Numbered from the whole stretch's first letter, positions 37,772 through 48,810 are shown. The stretch is 60,997 nucleotides of DNA, filler included, from 7 parts of 7 records of this genome joined end to end with filler, not necessarily neighbours in it, one strand, 5' to 3'. Translations and numbers: made by a program. Notes: generated by a model not told the origin, from the sequence alone.

Positions 37772-38535
37772 CCGCACTGCACCCTCTGATGGAACATTTT
37801 TCAGGCGGGCTGTGGCTTTCACTGGTGGTGTTTCTCCGGGTTGCAGCGACTCTTGCGGCCCTTCCCGGCTTGGGTGAACAGGTCATTTCCGTCCGAGTCC
37901 GTCTTGTCATCGCAATCATGTTGACTGTGATTGTCACGCCGGCCGTCGCACCGGGGATCGACCTGCCGGACCCAACGCTTGGTGCGTTTGTGATGGTGCT
38001 GGCCACGGAAACGCTCAGCGGGCTGTTTCTGGGAATAATGCTGCGGCTGTTCATTCTAGCCATTCAGACTGCCGGGGCAATGGCCGCGCAATCCACCTCA
38101 CTTTCGCAGCTTTTGGGGGGATCGGGGCTCGATCCGCTGCCGGCCATCGGCCATATCCTCACCACGGCGGCGCTGGCGCTTTTGATGGCGACCGGCTTTC
38201 ACATAAAGGCTGCGTCCTTCCTGATCCTGTCGTACGAACTGCTGCCAGCGCTGCAATTTCCAAATCCAGCCGATGTGGCCGACGCCGGGCGTCATCGCGT
38301 AGGGCAGAGTTTCGCGTTGGCGTTTACCCTTGCCGCGCCGTTTGTCCTGATGTCGGTGATCTACAACCTGACGTTGGGCGTTATCAACAAGGCGATGCCC
38401 CAGCTTATGGTGGCGTTTGTCGGTGCGCCTGTCATTACGTTCGGGGCAATCGCGCTATTGATGATCTCGGCCCCGATCCTGCTTTCGGTCTGGTTACATG
38501 CCTTTGACGGCTTTCTTGCCGCGCCCTTCAGGTAG
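37768..38535 (+). CDS. fliR: Flagellar export protein FliR
   Basis: VFLRV...LPG.GE, GVINKAMPQL.V.FVGAP; GTGA overlap with flhA. Confidence 0.93.
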   Translation: MTALHPLMEHFSGGLWLSLVVFLRVAATLAALPGLGEQVISVRVRLVIAIMLTVIVTPAVAPGIDLPDPTLGAFVMVLATETLSGLFLGIMLRLFILAIQTAGAMAAQSTSLSQLLGGSGLDPLPAIGHILTTAALALLMATGFHIKAASFLILSYELLPALQFPNPADVADAGRHRVGQSFALAFTLAAPFVLMSVIYNLTLGVINKAMPQLMVAFVGAPVITFGAIALLMISAPILLSVWLHAFDGFLAAPFR

Positions 38536-38541
38536 ATCTCC

Positions 38542-39630
38542 ATGTCGCAGCAAGACGATTCGGCGGAAAAGAGTCACGAACCCTCTGAGCGAAAACTCGA
38601 TCAGGCCCGAAAAAAGGGCGAAATCCCGCGCGCGCCTGACATTCTGACAGCGATGGCCTACCTTGGCATGTTGATCTGCATGGTGGCGCTGGGTGGTCCC
38701 GGTCTGTCGCAATTTGCGGATTCTCTGTTGCCACTGTTGGAACAGCCCGACCGGCTGGAGGCCCTGTTCTTTGAGGATGGCGCGCCCGCAATGGTAGGTT
38801 CCGTAATGTCGGCGGCCCTGACGCCTACGTTGCCTTTTCTCGCGGTGCCCGGGCTGTTTGTCCTTCTGACGCTTTTTGCAACTCGCGGGGTGCTATTCAC
38901 CGGGTCGAAATTGGCACCCAAGGCATCGCGCATCAACCCGATAGAGAACGCCAAGAACAAGTTCGGTCGTCGGGGTCTGTTCGAGTTCTTCAAGAGTTTC
39001 GTCAAACTGAGCGTTTATTCCATCCTTCTCGCGGTATTTTTGCGTGGCAAACGGGATGTGATCATTGGTGTGATCATGGGTACGCCGGGCGAGGTTGTCC
39101 TGAGCATGACCAGCCTCATTCAGCAGTTTCTGTTCATCGTTGTTCTGATTGCAGTGGTTATAGGTGGAATCGACTTGTTCTGGCAACGCGCTGAACACAT
39201 TCGCAAAAACCGGATGACGATGAAGGAGTTGCGCGACGAAATGAAGGAATCCGAGGGCGATCCGCACCTAAAACAACACCGCCGCATGCGTGCTCAAGAA
39301 CTGGCGTTGAACCAGATGATGGGTGAGGTTCCGAAGGCGGATGTGATCATCGTCAACCCGACCCATTTTGCTGTCGCCCTGAAGTGGAGCCGGATGGGGG
39401 GATCTGCACCGGTGTGTGTGGCTAAAGGTCAAGACGCCGTTGCGGCGCGCATCCGTGAGGCGGCGAAGGATGCCGGCGTTCCGATCCACTCTGATCCGCC
39501 AACCGCGCGGGCGCTGTACGCCACCACAAAAATCGGCGCGGAGATTGCGGCGGATCACTATCGGCCCGTCGCAGCGGCGATCCGTTTTGCCGACAGTATG
39601 CGTGCCAAAGCCAAGGAGAAGCGCTGGTGA
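38542..39630 (+). CDS. flhB: Flagellar export switch FlhB
   Basis: EKSHEPSERKL..ARKKGEI, KESEGDP, NPTH autocleavage motif. Confidence 0.96.
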   Translation: MSQQDDSAEKSHEPSERKLDQARKKGEIPRAPDILTAMAYLGMLICMVALGGPGLSQFADSLLPLLEQPDRLEALFFEDGAPAMVGSVMSAALTPTLPFLAVPGLFVLLTLFATRGVLFTGSKLAPKASRINPIENAKNKFGRRGLFEFFKSFVKLSVYSILLAVFLRGKRDVIIGVIMGTPGEVVLSMTSLIQQFLFIVVLIAVVIGGIDLFWQRAEHIRKNRMTMKELRDEMKESEGDPHLKQHRRMRAQELALNQMMGEVPKADVIIVNPTHFAVALKWSRMGGSAPVCVAKGQDAVAARIREAAKDAGVPIHSDPPTARALYATTKIGAEIAADHYRPVAAAIRFADSMRAKAKEKRW

Positions 39631-39808
39631 CATCCAAATATGATGATCTGACCGAAGCAACCGAATTGCTGTTGGAAAGAGATCTCGAGAAACACCGACG
39701 AAACCTTGCCGAAAGCAGTCGTCTTGCGGGAGAACTGGCGCAGATCGACGGTTTGCGCCAAGCCGCTCAATCTGACACCGGGTCAATAAACGCCAGACAG
39801 ATACTGGG
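39627..39808 (+). CDS. Hypothetical coiled-coil protein downstream of flhB, 3' truncated
   Basis: GTGA overlap with the flhB stop; helical charged sequence; cut by the contig edge. Confidence 0.55.
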
Positions 39809-39908
39809 NNNNNNNNNNNNNNNNNNNNNNNNNNNNNNNNNNNNNNNNNNNNTTAATTAATTAANNNNNNNNNNNNNNNNNNNNNNNNNNNNNNNNNNNN
39901 NNNNNNNN
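39809..39908. other. Artificial contig spacer
   Basis: 44 N + TTAATTAATTAA + 44 N. Confidence 0.99.
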
Positions 39909-40637
39909 GGTTTGAGCACAAGCATTCACCAGGGTGTGGCTGCCCACACTGTCCACCACCGCCGCGAACTGTTCTTTCTGCAAAGGCTTGCCAGGGCGCG
40001 ACATCGATTCCCGGTGAATCAGGTGGGTTGAACCCAACTGCAAACGCTCGAAATGCTTGGCAGCCGATTCCGACACAGGGTCACCCATTGCATCTATCGA
40101 CCCCGTCAACCCCACCACCTCGTAACCCAAATGCTGAAGCAATAGGCAAGCCACTGTGCCCACGCCACCGCTAACACCAGTCACCAGCACAGGGCCATCG
40201 CCGGGCCTCACCGGGTGGTCTTGCAAGGCCATCACGCACAAGGCAGCGGTATAACCCGCAGTGCCCAGGGCTGCAGCCCAGCGGGCACTTCGCCCTTCAG
40301 GTATCGGGGAAATCCATTGCGCAGGCACACTGGCCCGCTCGGCCAAGCCTCCCCAATGGGTTTCGCCCAGCCCCCAGTCGTTCACCTGGCACACCGTGCC
40401 CACCGGCCACTGGCTTGTGTTCGATTCAATCACCTCGCCCACCGCATCAATGCCATGCACCATAGGGTACTTGCGCGCAATAGGCGCGGTGTGGGTTAGC
40501 GCCAACGCATCCTTGTAGTTCAGGCAGCTGTAGTGCAGCTTCAAAACCACGTCTTGCCCGGTGAATTCAGCTTCATCCAAAGTTTCCAGCTCGGCCTGCG
40601 CTTGGTCTGCGGCCCTGGAAATCCATGCCCTGATCAT
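39909..40637 (-). CDS. acuI: MDR family oxidoreductase, AcuI/YhdH (acryloyl-CoA reductase-like), 3' truncated
   Basis: YSCLNYKDAL, GIDAVG, GETHWGGLAE, GTAGYTAALCV.AL, VLVTG.SGGVG, VDSVG. Confidence 0.82.
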
Positions 40638-40748
40638 TTTGTCTCCTTATTCTGGGTGAGCCAATGATCGCACAAACAAGTGATCAAATTTGCGCGCAAA
40701 GCCCGGCTTGCATACACTTCAGGTTTGCCTTAGAAGAACAACCATACC

Positions 40749-41534
40749 GTGCGCAAACCCACCGCCAAAAGCCTGATCCTCGACCTGCTGCTTGCATCCA
40801 AAGGTCGCCCCCTGTCTGCCAAACAGGCCATTGCAGCCTGTGGCATATTCGACATCAGCGTGAACAACACCCGCGTGGCGCTAGTGCGCCTGTCATCGGA
40901 AGGGCTGATCGAATCGGCAGGCCGCGCCCTCTACCAGCTGACCGACGACGCCCACACCCTGGCCGACGACGTGGCCGCCTGGCGAACCCGCAGCACCCGC
41001 GTTCGCGCATGGGACGGCGGCTACATTGTGGTTCAGGCAGAAAAGCTTTCACGCAGTGAAGCCAAACAACAGCGCGCCCGTGCCCGCGCACTACTGATGC
41101 TGGGCTTTCAGCCCCTGAACGAACACCTCTTCATTCGACCCAACAACATAGAAGACACGCTTGAAACAGTGCGGGCACGACTCTACAAACTGGGACTTGA
41201 AAAAGAAGCGCCTGTGTTTGAAGCCCGCGGCTTTGATCCCGAAACAACACAACGAATCGCCACGCTGTGGAACCCGCGCGAACTGGAAACCAATTACGCA
41301 CAGCTTGAGAAAAAAATGCGCACCTGGCTGGATCGTTATAATTCACTGGAACCTGAAGTGGCCGCACGCGAATCGTTTTTGCTGGGTGGCACCGCCATCA
41401 AACATGTGGTGTACGATCCCTTCCTGCCAGCCGAATGGGTGGATGTTCAGGCGCGTGAACGGTTCTTGAACGCCGTGGATGAAGTGGATCAGGCGGGCAT
41501 GCGGATCTGGAGCGGCATGTGGGCAAGTATTTAG
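40749..41534 (+). CDS. PaaX family transcriptional regulator
   Basis: N-terminal winged helix (RVALVRLSSEG...Y.LT), WDG, LGF, LWN..EL, DPFLPAEW. Confidence 0.78.
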   Translation: MRKPTAKSLILDLLLASKGRPLSAKQAIAACGIFDISVNNTRVALVRLSSEGLIESAGRALYQLTDDAHTLADDVAAWRTRSTRVRAWDGGYIVVQAEKLSRSEAKQQRARARALLMLGFQPLNEHLFIRPNNIEDTLETVRARLYKLGLEKEAPVFEARGFDPETTQRIATLWNPRELETNYAQLEKKMRTWLDRYNSLEPEVAARESFLLGGTAIKHVVYDPFLPAEWVDVQARERFLNAVDEVDQAGMRIWSGMWASI

Positions 41535-41606
41535 AATAAACCCTCATCCGAAACGCCCATTGCTGCGTATAAACTTCGTCCATCCCAACATTGCACCGCA
41601 GCAACC

Positions 41607-42764
41607 GTGAAAAAACTACTCAGAACCGCCTTGAAGCTCAACGAATTGGCCGTGAACACTGCGACCAATGCGGCGGACTGGTTTTTTCGCAAGGAAATCC
41701 TGATCCAATCGGGCAAAACCGAATACGAAGTCATTGCCGAGCACCCGCCCATGCGCGTGCGCTACTACGCGCCGTCCAGCCCCACAACCGATACCACGTT
41801 GCAACATGCAGTGCCTTTGGTGCTGGTGCCCCCGCTGGGTGTCACCACAGAAACCTTTGACCTGATGCCTGATCGCAGCCTTGCGAAAACCATGGTTGAG
41901 GCAGGCTACCGAGTGTACGTGGTCGACTGGGGCAAGCCTGAACGCAAAGACGGCCACCTTGGCTTGTTCGACTACAGCCACACCATGATGGGCCAAGCCC
42001 TTCAAGCCGTTCGCCAGCACAGCCAATGCAAAGACATTTCACTGTTTGGCTGGTGCATGGGCGGCTTGCTGTGCCTGTTGTACAGCGGTTACGGGCATGA
42101 CAAACACATTCGCAACCTGGTGACCGTGGCCAGCCCAATCGACCTTCGCGACGGCAAAAACATCATGGCCTTCGCGTCCAACACACTGAACGTCACAGCC
42201 CGATTCATTCGCAAATACAGCGAATTTCGCCTGGACCGAATCAACCCCACCTTGTTCAGCCCGCCTGGCTGGATGGTCAGCCTCGGTTTCAAACTCACCG
42301 CGCCGGTGGCCAGCATCACCACTTACTGGGACCTGCTGACCCGCCTGAACGACCGTGATTTTGTGGAACAACACACCACCACCGCCGACTACCTCAACAA
42401 CATGATGCTGTACCCGGGCGGCGTGGTTCGTGATTTCATGATCCGCTTCGCCGTGGACAACAGGTTGGCCAATGGCAAAGTCAGAATGGGCAACAAGGTT
42501 TCCGAACTCAGCAACATCACAGCCAACATGCTGGTGTTTGCCGGGGAAACAGACCACCTGGTGCCCCCCAGCATGGCCAGCAAAAGCCTGTCCATGGTGG
42601 CATCCAAAGACAAATGTTTCCTGGTTGCGCCCGGCGGGCACATGGGTGTTATTTTGGGCGGCCAAGCCCGCGAACACGTGTGGGAAAAGGTAGCAGACTG
42701 GCTGGCTGGTCATTCACAACAAGCAGCACCCCCACGCAAAACCCGCAAGCCCCGAGCGGTGTAA
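41607..42764 (+). CDS. Class III/IV PHA-synthase-like alpha/beta hydrolase
   Basis: PLVLVPPL, FDLMPDRSL, VDWG, PhaC box GWCMGG, GETDHLV (Asp), GGHMG (His). Confidence 0.8.
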   Translation: MKKLLRTALKLNELAVNTATNAADWFFRKEILIQSGKTEYEVIAEHPPMRVRYYAPSSPTTDTTLQHAVPLVLVPPLGVTTETFDLMPDRSLAKTMVEAGYRVYVVDWGKPERKDGHLGLFDYSHTMMGQALQAVRQHSQCKDISLFGWCMGGLLCLLYSGYGHDKHIRNLVTVASPIDLRDGKNIMAFASNTLNVTARFIRKYSEFRLDRINPTLFSPPGWMVSLGFKLTAPVASITTYWDLLTRLNDRDFVEQHTTTADYLNNMMLYPGGVVRDFMIRFAVDNRLANGKVRMGNKVSELSNITANMLVFAGETDHLVPPSMASKSLSMVASKDKCFLVAPGGHMGVILGGQAREHVWEKVADWLAGHSQQAAPPRKTRKPRAV

Positions 42765-42804
42765 GAAAATCCAATTTGCGGATTCTTGCAACCAACCCAG
42801 CCAT

Positions 42805-42839
42805 TAATTCGACATTTCCATTATTATCGAATTATGGAA
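42805..42839 (+). promoter_or_regulatory. ArsR operator/promoter overlapping the arsR start
   Basis: Interleaved inverted repeats TAATTCGA-N14-TCGAATTA and TTCCAT-N12-ATGGAA; TATTAT 6 nt before the ATG; no SD sequence. Confidence 0.6.
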
Positions 42840-43169
42840 GAAAATGACATCATCAAAGCACTGGCCGCCCTGTCTCACAGCTCTCGTTTGCGCGTATTTC
42901 GTGCGCTCGTCGTGACAGGCCCCGCCGGGCTAACCCCAAGCCAACTTTGCGAACGGCTCGACATACCCGCTGCCACCATGTCTTTCCACTTGAAAGAACT
43001 CAGCAACGCGGGGCTGGTTCAACCCATTCGCGAGGGGCGCAACCTGATTTACAGCGCCCAGTTTACCCACATGAACGGCGTTATTTCTTACCTGACCGAA
43101 AACTGCTGCGAGGGCCAAGGCTGTACCCCCCAAGGCACACCAATTCACAACGAGGCCCACCATGAGTGA
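42834..43169 (+). CDS. arsR: ArsR/SmtB arsenic-responsive repressor
   Basis: LAALSHSSRL.VFR.L, MSFHLKEL..AGLV, C-terminal ENCCEGQGC As(III) site; first gene of the ars operon. Confidence 0.92.
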   Translation: MEENDIIKALAALSHSSRLRVFRALVVTGPAGLTPSQLCERLDIPAATMSFHLKELSNAGLVQPIREGRNLIYSAQFTHMNGVISYLTENCCEGQGCTPQGTPIHNEAHHE

Positions 43170-43662
43170 CAAAACATTCAATGTGCTATTCATATGTACC
43201 GGCAATTCTGCGCGATCCATTCTGGCTGAAGCCATTCTGAACCAGCTTGGGCGTGGGCAATTCAAAGCCTATTCAGCGGGCAGCTTCCCGGCCGGGCGCG
43301 TCAACCCCTACACCCTTGAAATTCTTGAGCGTTGGGAAATGGACACCAGCAATTTGCGCAGCAAAAGCTGGGATGAATTTGCCGCGCCAAGCGCACCAAA
43401 AATGGATTTTGTGTTCACCGTGTGCGACCAGGCAGCAGGCGAGGTTTGCCCCGTGTGGCCAGGCCAACCCGTGTTGGCACACTGGGGAGCACCCGACCCA
43501 GCCAAAGCCCAAGGCACCCATGAACACATCTTGCAGGAATTCCGCAGCGTGGGCCTTTTGCTGCGCAAGCGCATCGAACTAATGCTGGCCCTGCCGATTG
43601 CCAAACTTGAAAAACTAACCATTCAACACGAAGTCGAACAAATAGGAAAAATATCGTCATGA
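43162..43662 (+). CDS. arsC: Arsenate reductase (LMW-PTP/thioredoxin type)
   Basis: CTGNSARS P-loop; TVCDQAAGEVCPVWPG with both resolving Cys. Confidence 0.93.
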   Translation: MSDKTFNVLFICTGNSARSILAEAILNQLGRGQFKAYSAGSFPAGRVNPYTLEILERWEMDTSNLRSKSWDEFAAPSAPKMDFVFTVCDQAAGEVCPVWPGQPVLAHWGAPDPAKAQGTHEHILQEFRSVGLLLRKRIELMLALPIAKLEKLTIQHEVEQIGKISS

Positions 43663-44147
43663 GCACCAATGTTCTCATTCTTTGCACCCACAATTCTGCA
43701 CGCAGCGTGCTGTCAGAAGGCATGCTGAACCACCTGGCCCAACAATACGGCAAAGACATCAAAGCCTTCAGCGCAGGCAGCGCGCCCAGTGGCCGCGTGA
43801 ACCCCTACGCCTTGCAGGCCCTGGCCAATGCCGGTATCGACACCAGCCAATACACCAGCAAAAGCTGGGACGTATTTACAGAACCCGGTGCGCCAAAAAT
43901 CGACATTGTGATCACCGTGTGCGACAGCGCAGCAGCCGAGCAATGCCCTTACTGGCCCGGCAGCCCAGTGAAAACACACTGGGGCTACCCCGACCCATCC
44001 AATGAAGTGGAAGAAAACAAGCCCCGTGCCTTTGAGCTGACCCGCCAAGCGATTGCTTTTAAGATGATGCAACTTATTCAGCTGCCACTAGGCAGCATGA
44101 GCACAGCCGAGCTAAACGCAGCATTGGCTGCTATTGCACGGAGCTAA
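43659..44147 (+). CDS. arsC: Second arsenate reductase (LMW-PTP type)
   Basis: CTHNSARS; TVCDSAAAEQCPYWPG; ATGA overlap with the first copy. Confidence 0.92.
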   Translation: MSTNVLILCTHNSARSVLSEGMLNHLAQQYGKDIKAFSAGSAPSGRVNPYALQALANAGIDTSQYTSKSWDVFTEPGAPKIDIVITVCDSAAAEQCPYWPGSPVKTHWGYPDPSNEVEENKPRAFELTRQAIAFKMMQLIQLPLGSMSTAELNAALAAIARS

Positions 44148-44153
44148 TCGACC

Positions 44154-44822
44154 ATGTACACACTGCCCAAAAAACTGGGTGCCGAATTTCTCGGCACCCT
44201 GCTTCTGCTGGCCATCGTAATCGGTTCTGGTGTGATGGCTGAAAACCTGTCTGAAGGCAACAATGGTGTGGCCTTGATGGCCAACACCCTGGCAACCGTG
44301 TTCGGCCTGTACATCCTGATTGAAGTGTTCGGCCCCGTCAGCGGTGCGCACTTCAACCCGGTGGTTACGCTGTCCATGGTGTTGCTCAAGCGCCAACCCA
44401 CCTCCGAATTACTGCCCTACATTCTGGTTCAACTGGCCGGCGCATTTTGTGGTGCCATTCTTGTGCACCAAATGTTCGACATGGAACTTCTGCAGTTTTC
44501 CGAAAAAGCACGCACTGGCTGGGGCATCTGGACTGGTGAAATTGTGGCCACAGCAGGTTTGTTGCTGGTTATTCTTATGGCCAAACAAGAACGCGTTTCC
44601 GGCATGGTGGCTTGCTACATTGGCGCGGCTTACTGGTTCACATCATCCACTTCGTTTGCCAATCCGGCTGCAGCATTCGGGCGTTTGTTCTCCAACAGCT
44701 TTGCTGGCATTGCGCCGGCAGATGTTCCTGCTTACGTAGTGTTCGAGGTTATCGGTAGCTTGTTGGCCCTGGCGATCTACAAAGCATTCAGCACCAACAT
44801 TACCACTGCCCACGCTACATAA
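44154..44822 (+). CDS. MIP/aquaporin channel, AqpS-like arsenic channel
   Basis: AEFLGT, SGAHFNPVVT and TSSTSFANPA loops; last gene of the ars operon. Confidence 0.9.
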   Translation: MYTLPKKLGAEFLGTLLLLAIVIGSGVMAENLSEGNNGVALMANTLATVFGLYILIEVFGPVSGAHFNPVVTLSMVLLKRQPTSELLPYILVQLAGAFCGAILVHQMFDMELLQFSEKARTGWGIWTGEIVATAGLLLVILMAKQERVSGMVACYIGAAYWFTSSTSFANPAAAFGRLFSNSFAGIAPADVPAYVVFEVIGSLLALAIYKAFSTNITTAHAT

Positions 44823-44859
44823 AAAAAGGCCCCAGGTTGATCTACCTTGGGGCCTTCTT
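44820..44859. terminator. Bidirectional terminator between the ars operon and pstS
   Basis: A-run + AAGGCCCCA...TGGGGCCTT + CTT; a second small hairpin TTCAACC-TG-GGTTGAA lies at 44864-44879. Confidence 0.8.
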
Positions 44860-44881
44860 GAACTTCAACCTGGGTTGAAAT

Positions 44882-45922
44882 TTACTTCATTGCAATCGCT
44901 TTGCCGTCAGTTGCTTTAACGGTCTTCCATGCATTTTCGATCAACTTTACAGTTGCGTCTGGCAGGGGAACATAGTCCAGGTCAGAGCTCAACTTGTCGC
45001 CCTTGGCGTAAGCCCAGGTGAAGAACTTCAACACTTCTGAAGCCTTGGCCGCATCAGCCTGCTGTGTGTGAAACAGGATGAAAGTAGCGCCAGTGATTGG
45101 CCAAGCAGTTTTGCCGGGCTGAAGTGTCAAAATTTCATAGAAGCTATTGGACCAGTCAGCACCCGCAGCAGCAGCCTTGAAGGTTTCTTCGTCGGGCTGT
45201 ACAAACGCGCCTTCCTTGTTGTTCAACTGAGTGTGTGTCAGCTTGTTTTGCTTGGCGTATGCGTATTCAACGTAGCCGATTGAACCTGGCAGGCGCTGTA
45301 CGAACGCTGAAACACCTTCGTTGCCCTTGCCGCCCAAACCAACTGGCCACTTCACTGCTGTGCCTTCGCCAACAGTGCTTTTCCAGTCAGCGCTGACCTT
45401 GCTCAGGTAGTTTGTGAAAATGAAAGTTGTACCTGAACCATCGGCACGACGAATCACGCTGATGTCCGAATCAGGCAAGGCTACACCGGGGTTCAAGGCA
45501 ACAATTGCTTTGTCATTCCACTTGGTAATCTTGTTCAGGTAGATGTTGGCCAGCACTTCGCCAGTCAATTTCATCTGACCTGGAGCAACACCCTGCAGGT
45601 TCACCACGGGCACAACGCCACCGATCACGGTTGGGAACTGCATCAAACCTTTTTCTTTCAGATCTTCAGGCTTCAAAGGCATGTCAGAAGCGCCGAAATC
45701 AACAGTTTTCGCGGTAATTTGCTTGATACCACCACCGGAACCGATGGACTGGTAGTTCACCTTGTTGCCGGTTTCCTTGTTGTAGGCATCGGCCCACTTG
45801 GAATACACAGGCGCGGGGAAAGAAGCGCCAGCACCAGTAATTTCAGCGGCGTTTACAGAAGTCATGCTCAGGGCCAGGGCACCTGCGGAAATCGCCGTAG
45901 CGATTGTTTTGATGTTGAACAT
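44882..45922 (-). CDS. pstS: Phosphate ABC transporter substrate-binding protein
   Basis: [43 protein letters not shown]. Confidence 0.97.
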   Translation of the reverse strand: MFNIKTIATAISAGALALSMTSVNAAEITGAGASFPAPVYSKWADAYNKETGNKVNYQSIGSGGGIKQITAKTVDFGASDMPLKPEDLKEKGLMQFPTVIGGVVPVVNLQGVAPGQMKLTGEVLANIYLNKITKWNDKAIVALNPGVALPDSDISVIRRADGSGTTFIFTNYLSKVSADWKSTVGEGTAVKWPVGLGGKGNEGVSAFVQRLPGSIGYVEYAYAKQNKLTHTQLNNKEGAFVQPDEETFKAAAAGADWSNSFYEILTLQPGKTAWPITGATFILFHTQQADAAKASEVLKFFTWAYAKGDKLSSDLDYVPLPDATVKLIENAWKTVKATDGKAIAMK

Positions 45923-45967
45923 TTTTTCACCTCACTTATTAAAGTATGGTCATACTGCCGGACAAAT

Positions 45968-45985
45968 ATGTCAGATTCATGACAA
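45968..45985 (-). promoter_or_regulatory. Pho box upstream of pstS
   Basis: Minus strand TTGTCAT-GAAT-CTGACAT, 11-bp direct-repeat period, 45 nt upstream of the ATG. Confidence 0.75.
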
Positions 45986-46009
45986 AAATAAAGCATTAAC
46001 ATAAATGTC

Positions 46010-46045
46010 AAAAAACCACACCCAGCTGCCCGAATGTGGTTTTTT
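46010..46045 (-). terminator. Intrinsic terminator after pstB
   Basis: Minus strand AAAAAACCACATTCGG-GCAG-CTGGGTGTGGTTTTTT (stem with G:U pairs, U tail). Confidence 0.7.
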
Positions 46046-46076
46046 AGCAATCAAGTCAAGGACTTGCCAAGCGTGA

Positions 46077-46856
46077 TCAGCCAAATCGGCCAGTAATGTA
46101 ATTTTCTGTTTCCTGCTTCTTGGGCTTCAGGAAAATTTGATCTGTCACACCAAACTCGATCAACTCACCCAGGTACATGTAGGCCGTGTAATCGGAAACC
46201 CGGGCGGCCTGCTGCATGTTGTGGGTCACAATCACCACCGTGTAATCTTCTTTCAGCTCGGTGATCAATTCCTCAATGCTGGCAGTGGAAATTGGGTCGA
46301 GTGCTGAACAGGGCTCATCGAGCAACAAAATTTCGGGCTTGATCGCAATGCCCCGCGCAATACACAAACGCTGCTGTTGACCACCCGACAAGCCATTGCC
46401 ACTTTGGTGCAGCTTGTCTTTCACTTCTTTCCACAACGCTGCCTTGGACAAAGCCCATTCCACACGCTCTTCCATTTCACCCTTGGACAGCTTTTCAAAC
46501 AGGCGCACGCCAAAAGCAATGTTTTCGTAGATCGACATCGGAAACGGCGTGGGCTTCTGGAACACCATGCCAATTTTGGAACGGATCAAGGCAATGTCTT
46601 TCTTGCTGGTAATCAGGTCTTCGCCGTCCATCAAGATCTGGCCCTCGGCACGTTGCTCGGGGTACAGCGCATACATCTTGTTGAATGTGCGCAGCAAGGT
46701 GGACTTGCCACAGCCAGACGGCCCAATGAATGCCGTGACCTTTCTTTCCGGGATCGTCAGGTTGACCGACTTCAGCGCATGAAAATCGCCGTAATAGAAG
46801 TTCAGGTCTTTAACTTCCAGTTTTGTTTTCTCGACAACAACTTCAGTATTGGGCAT
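46077..46856 (-). CDS. pstB: Phosphate ABC transporter ATPase
   Basis: [51 protein letters not shown]. Confidence 0.97.
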   Translation of the reverse strand: MPNTEVVVEKTKLEVKDLNFYYGDFHALKSVNLTIPERKVTAFIGPSGCGKSTLLRTFNKMYALYPEQRAEGQILMDGEDLITSKKDIALIRSKIGMVFQKPTPFPMSIYENIAFGVRLFEKLSKGEMEERVEWALSKAALWKEVKDKLHQSGNGLSGGQQQRLCIARGIAIKPEILLLDEPCSALDPISTASIEELITELKEDYTVVIVTHNMQQAARVSDYTAYMYLGELIEFGVTDQIFLKPKKQETENYITGRFG

Positions 46857-46877
46857 TTTTAGGCCTTGAATGGTCAA

Positions 46878-47795
46878 TTATTTTGAGTTCTTCAACAGCG
46901 AACGCGCGATGATGTTCAACACAAGCACGCCTGCGGTGATCAGGAATACACCAGCCCAGGCCAGTTCTTGCCACTCTTTAAAGGGGCTAAGCGCAAAGTT
47001 AAAGATCATCACAGGCAAGTTCGCCATCGGCTTCATCATGTCAGTGTTCCAGAACTGGTTCGACAGCGCTGTAAACAACAAAGGCGCGGTTTCACCCGCA
47101 ATACGGGCAACCGACAACAAAATACCGGTCAATATGCCCGCGTAACTGGCCTTTACGGTAATCGCCATCACCATTTTCCACTTGGGCGTGCCCAAGGCAA
47201 AGGCCGCTTCACGCAAGGCATCTGGCACCAAGCGAAGCATGTTCTCGGTGGTGCGAACCACAATTGGAATTTGAATCAAAGCCAAAGCCACAACACCCGC
47301 CCACGCCGAAAAATGACCCATGAGGCGCACCATCACTGCGTAAACAAACAGACCAATCACGATAGAGGGGGCCGACAGCAAAATGTCGTTGATGAACCGA
47401 ACCGAGGCCGCCAACTTGTTGTCTTTGCGGGATTCAGCCAGGTGTATGCCCGCCAAAATGCCAAGTGGCGTGCCAAACAAGGTGGCAAAACCCACCATGA
47501 GCAAAGTTCCGGTTATTGCGTTGGCCAAGCCACCGCCCTCTACACCGGGGGGTGGGGTCATTTCAGTGAACAGATCCCATGACAAACCATTGATACCCAA
47601 TGTGACCGTGGTGTATAAAATCCAGATCAACCAGAACAGGCCAAAAGCCATGGCCGCAAGCGACAGGGTCAGCGCGATCGAATTGATCAGCTTGCGTTTG
47701 GACTGCATTTTCAAACGCATTTTCTCGTCGGTGGCCACGGTGGTCACCAGGTTCTCTTTTGATATCGCGGTGGGGTCGGTGTAAATGCTGCTCAT
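46878..47795 (-). CDS. pstA: Phosphate ABC transporter permease
   Basis: [38 protein letters not shown]. Confidence 0.96.
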   Translation of the reverse strand: MSSIYTDPTAISKENLVTTVATDEKMRLKMQSKRKLINSIALTLSLAAMAFGLFWLIWILYTTVTLGINGLSWDLFTEMTPPPGVEGGGLANAITGTLLMVGFATLFGTPLGILAGIHLAESRKDNKLAASVRFINDILLSAPSIVIGLFVYAVMVRLMGHFSAWAGVVALALIQIPIVVRTTENMLRLVPDALREAAFALGTPKWKMVMAITVKASYAGILTGILLSVARIAGETAPLLFTALSNQFWNTDMMKPMANLPVMIFNFALSPFKEWQELAWAGVFLITAGVLVLNIIARSLLKNSK

Positions 47796-47798
47796 GGC

Positions 47799-48749
47799 TT
47801 ATCTCCCGTTGCTCGACAATTTGGACAGCAACAGCTTGGATGCCACCAACACGAAAAACGTGATTACAAACAGAATCAAGCCCAATTCCATCAGCGCCGA
47901 GGTATGCAGGCCTGCATCGGCTTCCGCAAATTCATTCGCCAGCGCAGACGTAATGCTATTGCCCGGCGAGAACAAGGAAATGTCATTCAGGTAATTGGTG
48001 TTACCAATCACAAATGTAACGGCCATGGTTTCGCCCAAGGCGCGCCCCAAGCCCAACATCACACCGCCAATCACGCCCACTTTGGTGTGGGGCAACACAA
48101 TTTTCCAGATCACTTCCCACGTGGTGCAGCCCATGCCATAACCGGCTTCTTTCAGCATCACAGGGGTTACTTCAAATACATCGCGCATCACAGCCGCAAT
48201 GTAAGGGATGATCATGATGGCCAGCACCACACCCGCAGTCAGCAAGCCAATGCCAATGGGCGGGCCTGAAAACAGCGCGCCGATCACAGGCACTTTCCCC
48301 AAGGTGGATCCCAGGGGCCCTTGAACATACTTGGCAAAAATGGGTGCAAATACCAGCAAACCCCACATGCCATACACGATTGACGGCACAGCAGCCAACA
48401 ATTCAATGGCGGTGCCCAAGGGGCGGCGCAACCAGGGGGGCGACAGCTCAGTAAGAAACAGGGCAATACCAAAACTGATGGGCACTGCGATGACCAAGGC
48501 AATAAACGAGGTCACCAGCGTGCCGTAAATTGGCACCAATGCACCGTATTCATCAATGGGTGGGTCCCAGTTGGCCGTAAACAGAAAATCAAAACCAAAT
48601 GCGGTGATGGTTGGCCAGGAAGCAACCACCAAAGAAGCGATGATCCCGCCGAGCAACAACAGGGTGAACACGGACGCGCCGCTGGTCAACAGGCCGAATA
48701 TGGCATCGCCCCGTTTGGTCGGAACCTTGATCGTCGAGTTATTGGACAT
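47799..48749 (-). CDS. pstC: Phosphate ABC transporter permease
   Basis: [33 protein letters not shown]. Confidence 0.96.
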   Translation of the reverse strand: MSNNSTIKVPTKRGDAIFGLLTSGASVFTLLLLGGIIASLVVASWPTITAFGFDFLFTANWDPPIDEYGALVPIYGTLVTSFIALVIAVPISFGIALFLTELSPPWLRRPLGTAIELLAAVPSIVYGMWGLLVFAPIFAKYVQGPLGSTLGKVPVIGALFSGPPIGIGLLTAGVVLAIMIIPYIAAVMRDVFEVTPVMLKEAGYGMGCTTWEVIWKIVLPHTKVGVIGGVMLGLGRALGETMAVTFVIGNTNYLNDISLFSPGNSITSALANEFAEADAGLHTSALMELGLILFVITFFVLVASKLLLSKLSSNGR

Positions 48750-48810
48750 GTTGGTAAATGGTTAATCCAGCTGAAGCTTTCATGCAGACCCACAAGGGTA
48801 TCCAAGAATT

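Noticed and set aside
28242-39630. One flagellar locus joining DUF1217, fliL and the HAMP kinase with flhA-fliR-flhB
   Set aside because: A spacer at 36066-36165 separates them and the contigs probably come from different organisms.
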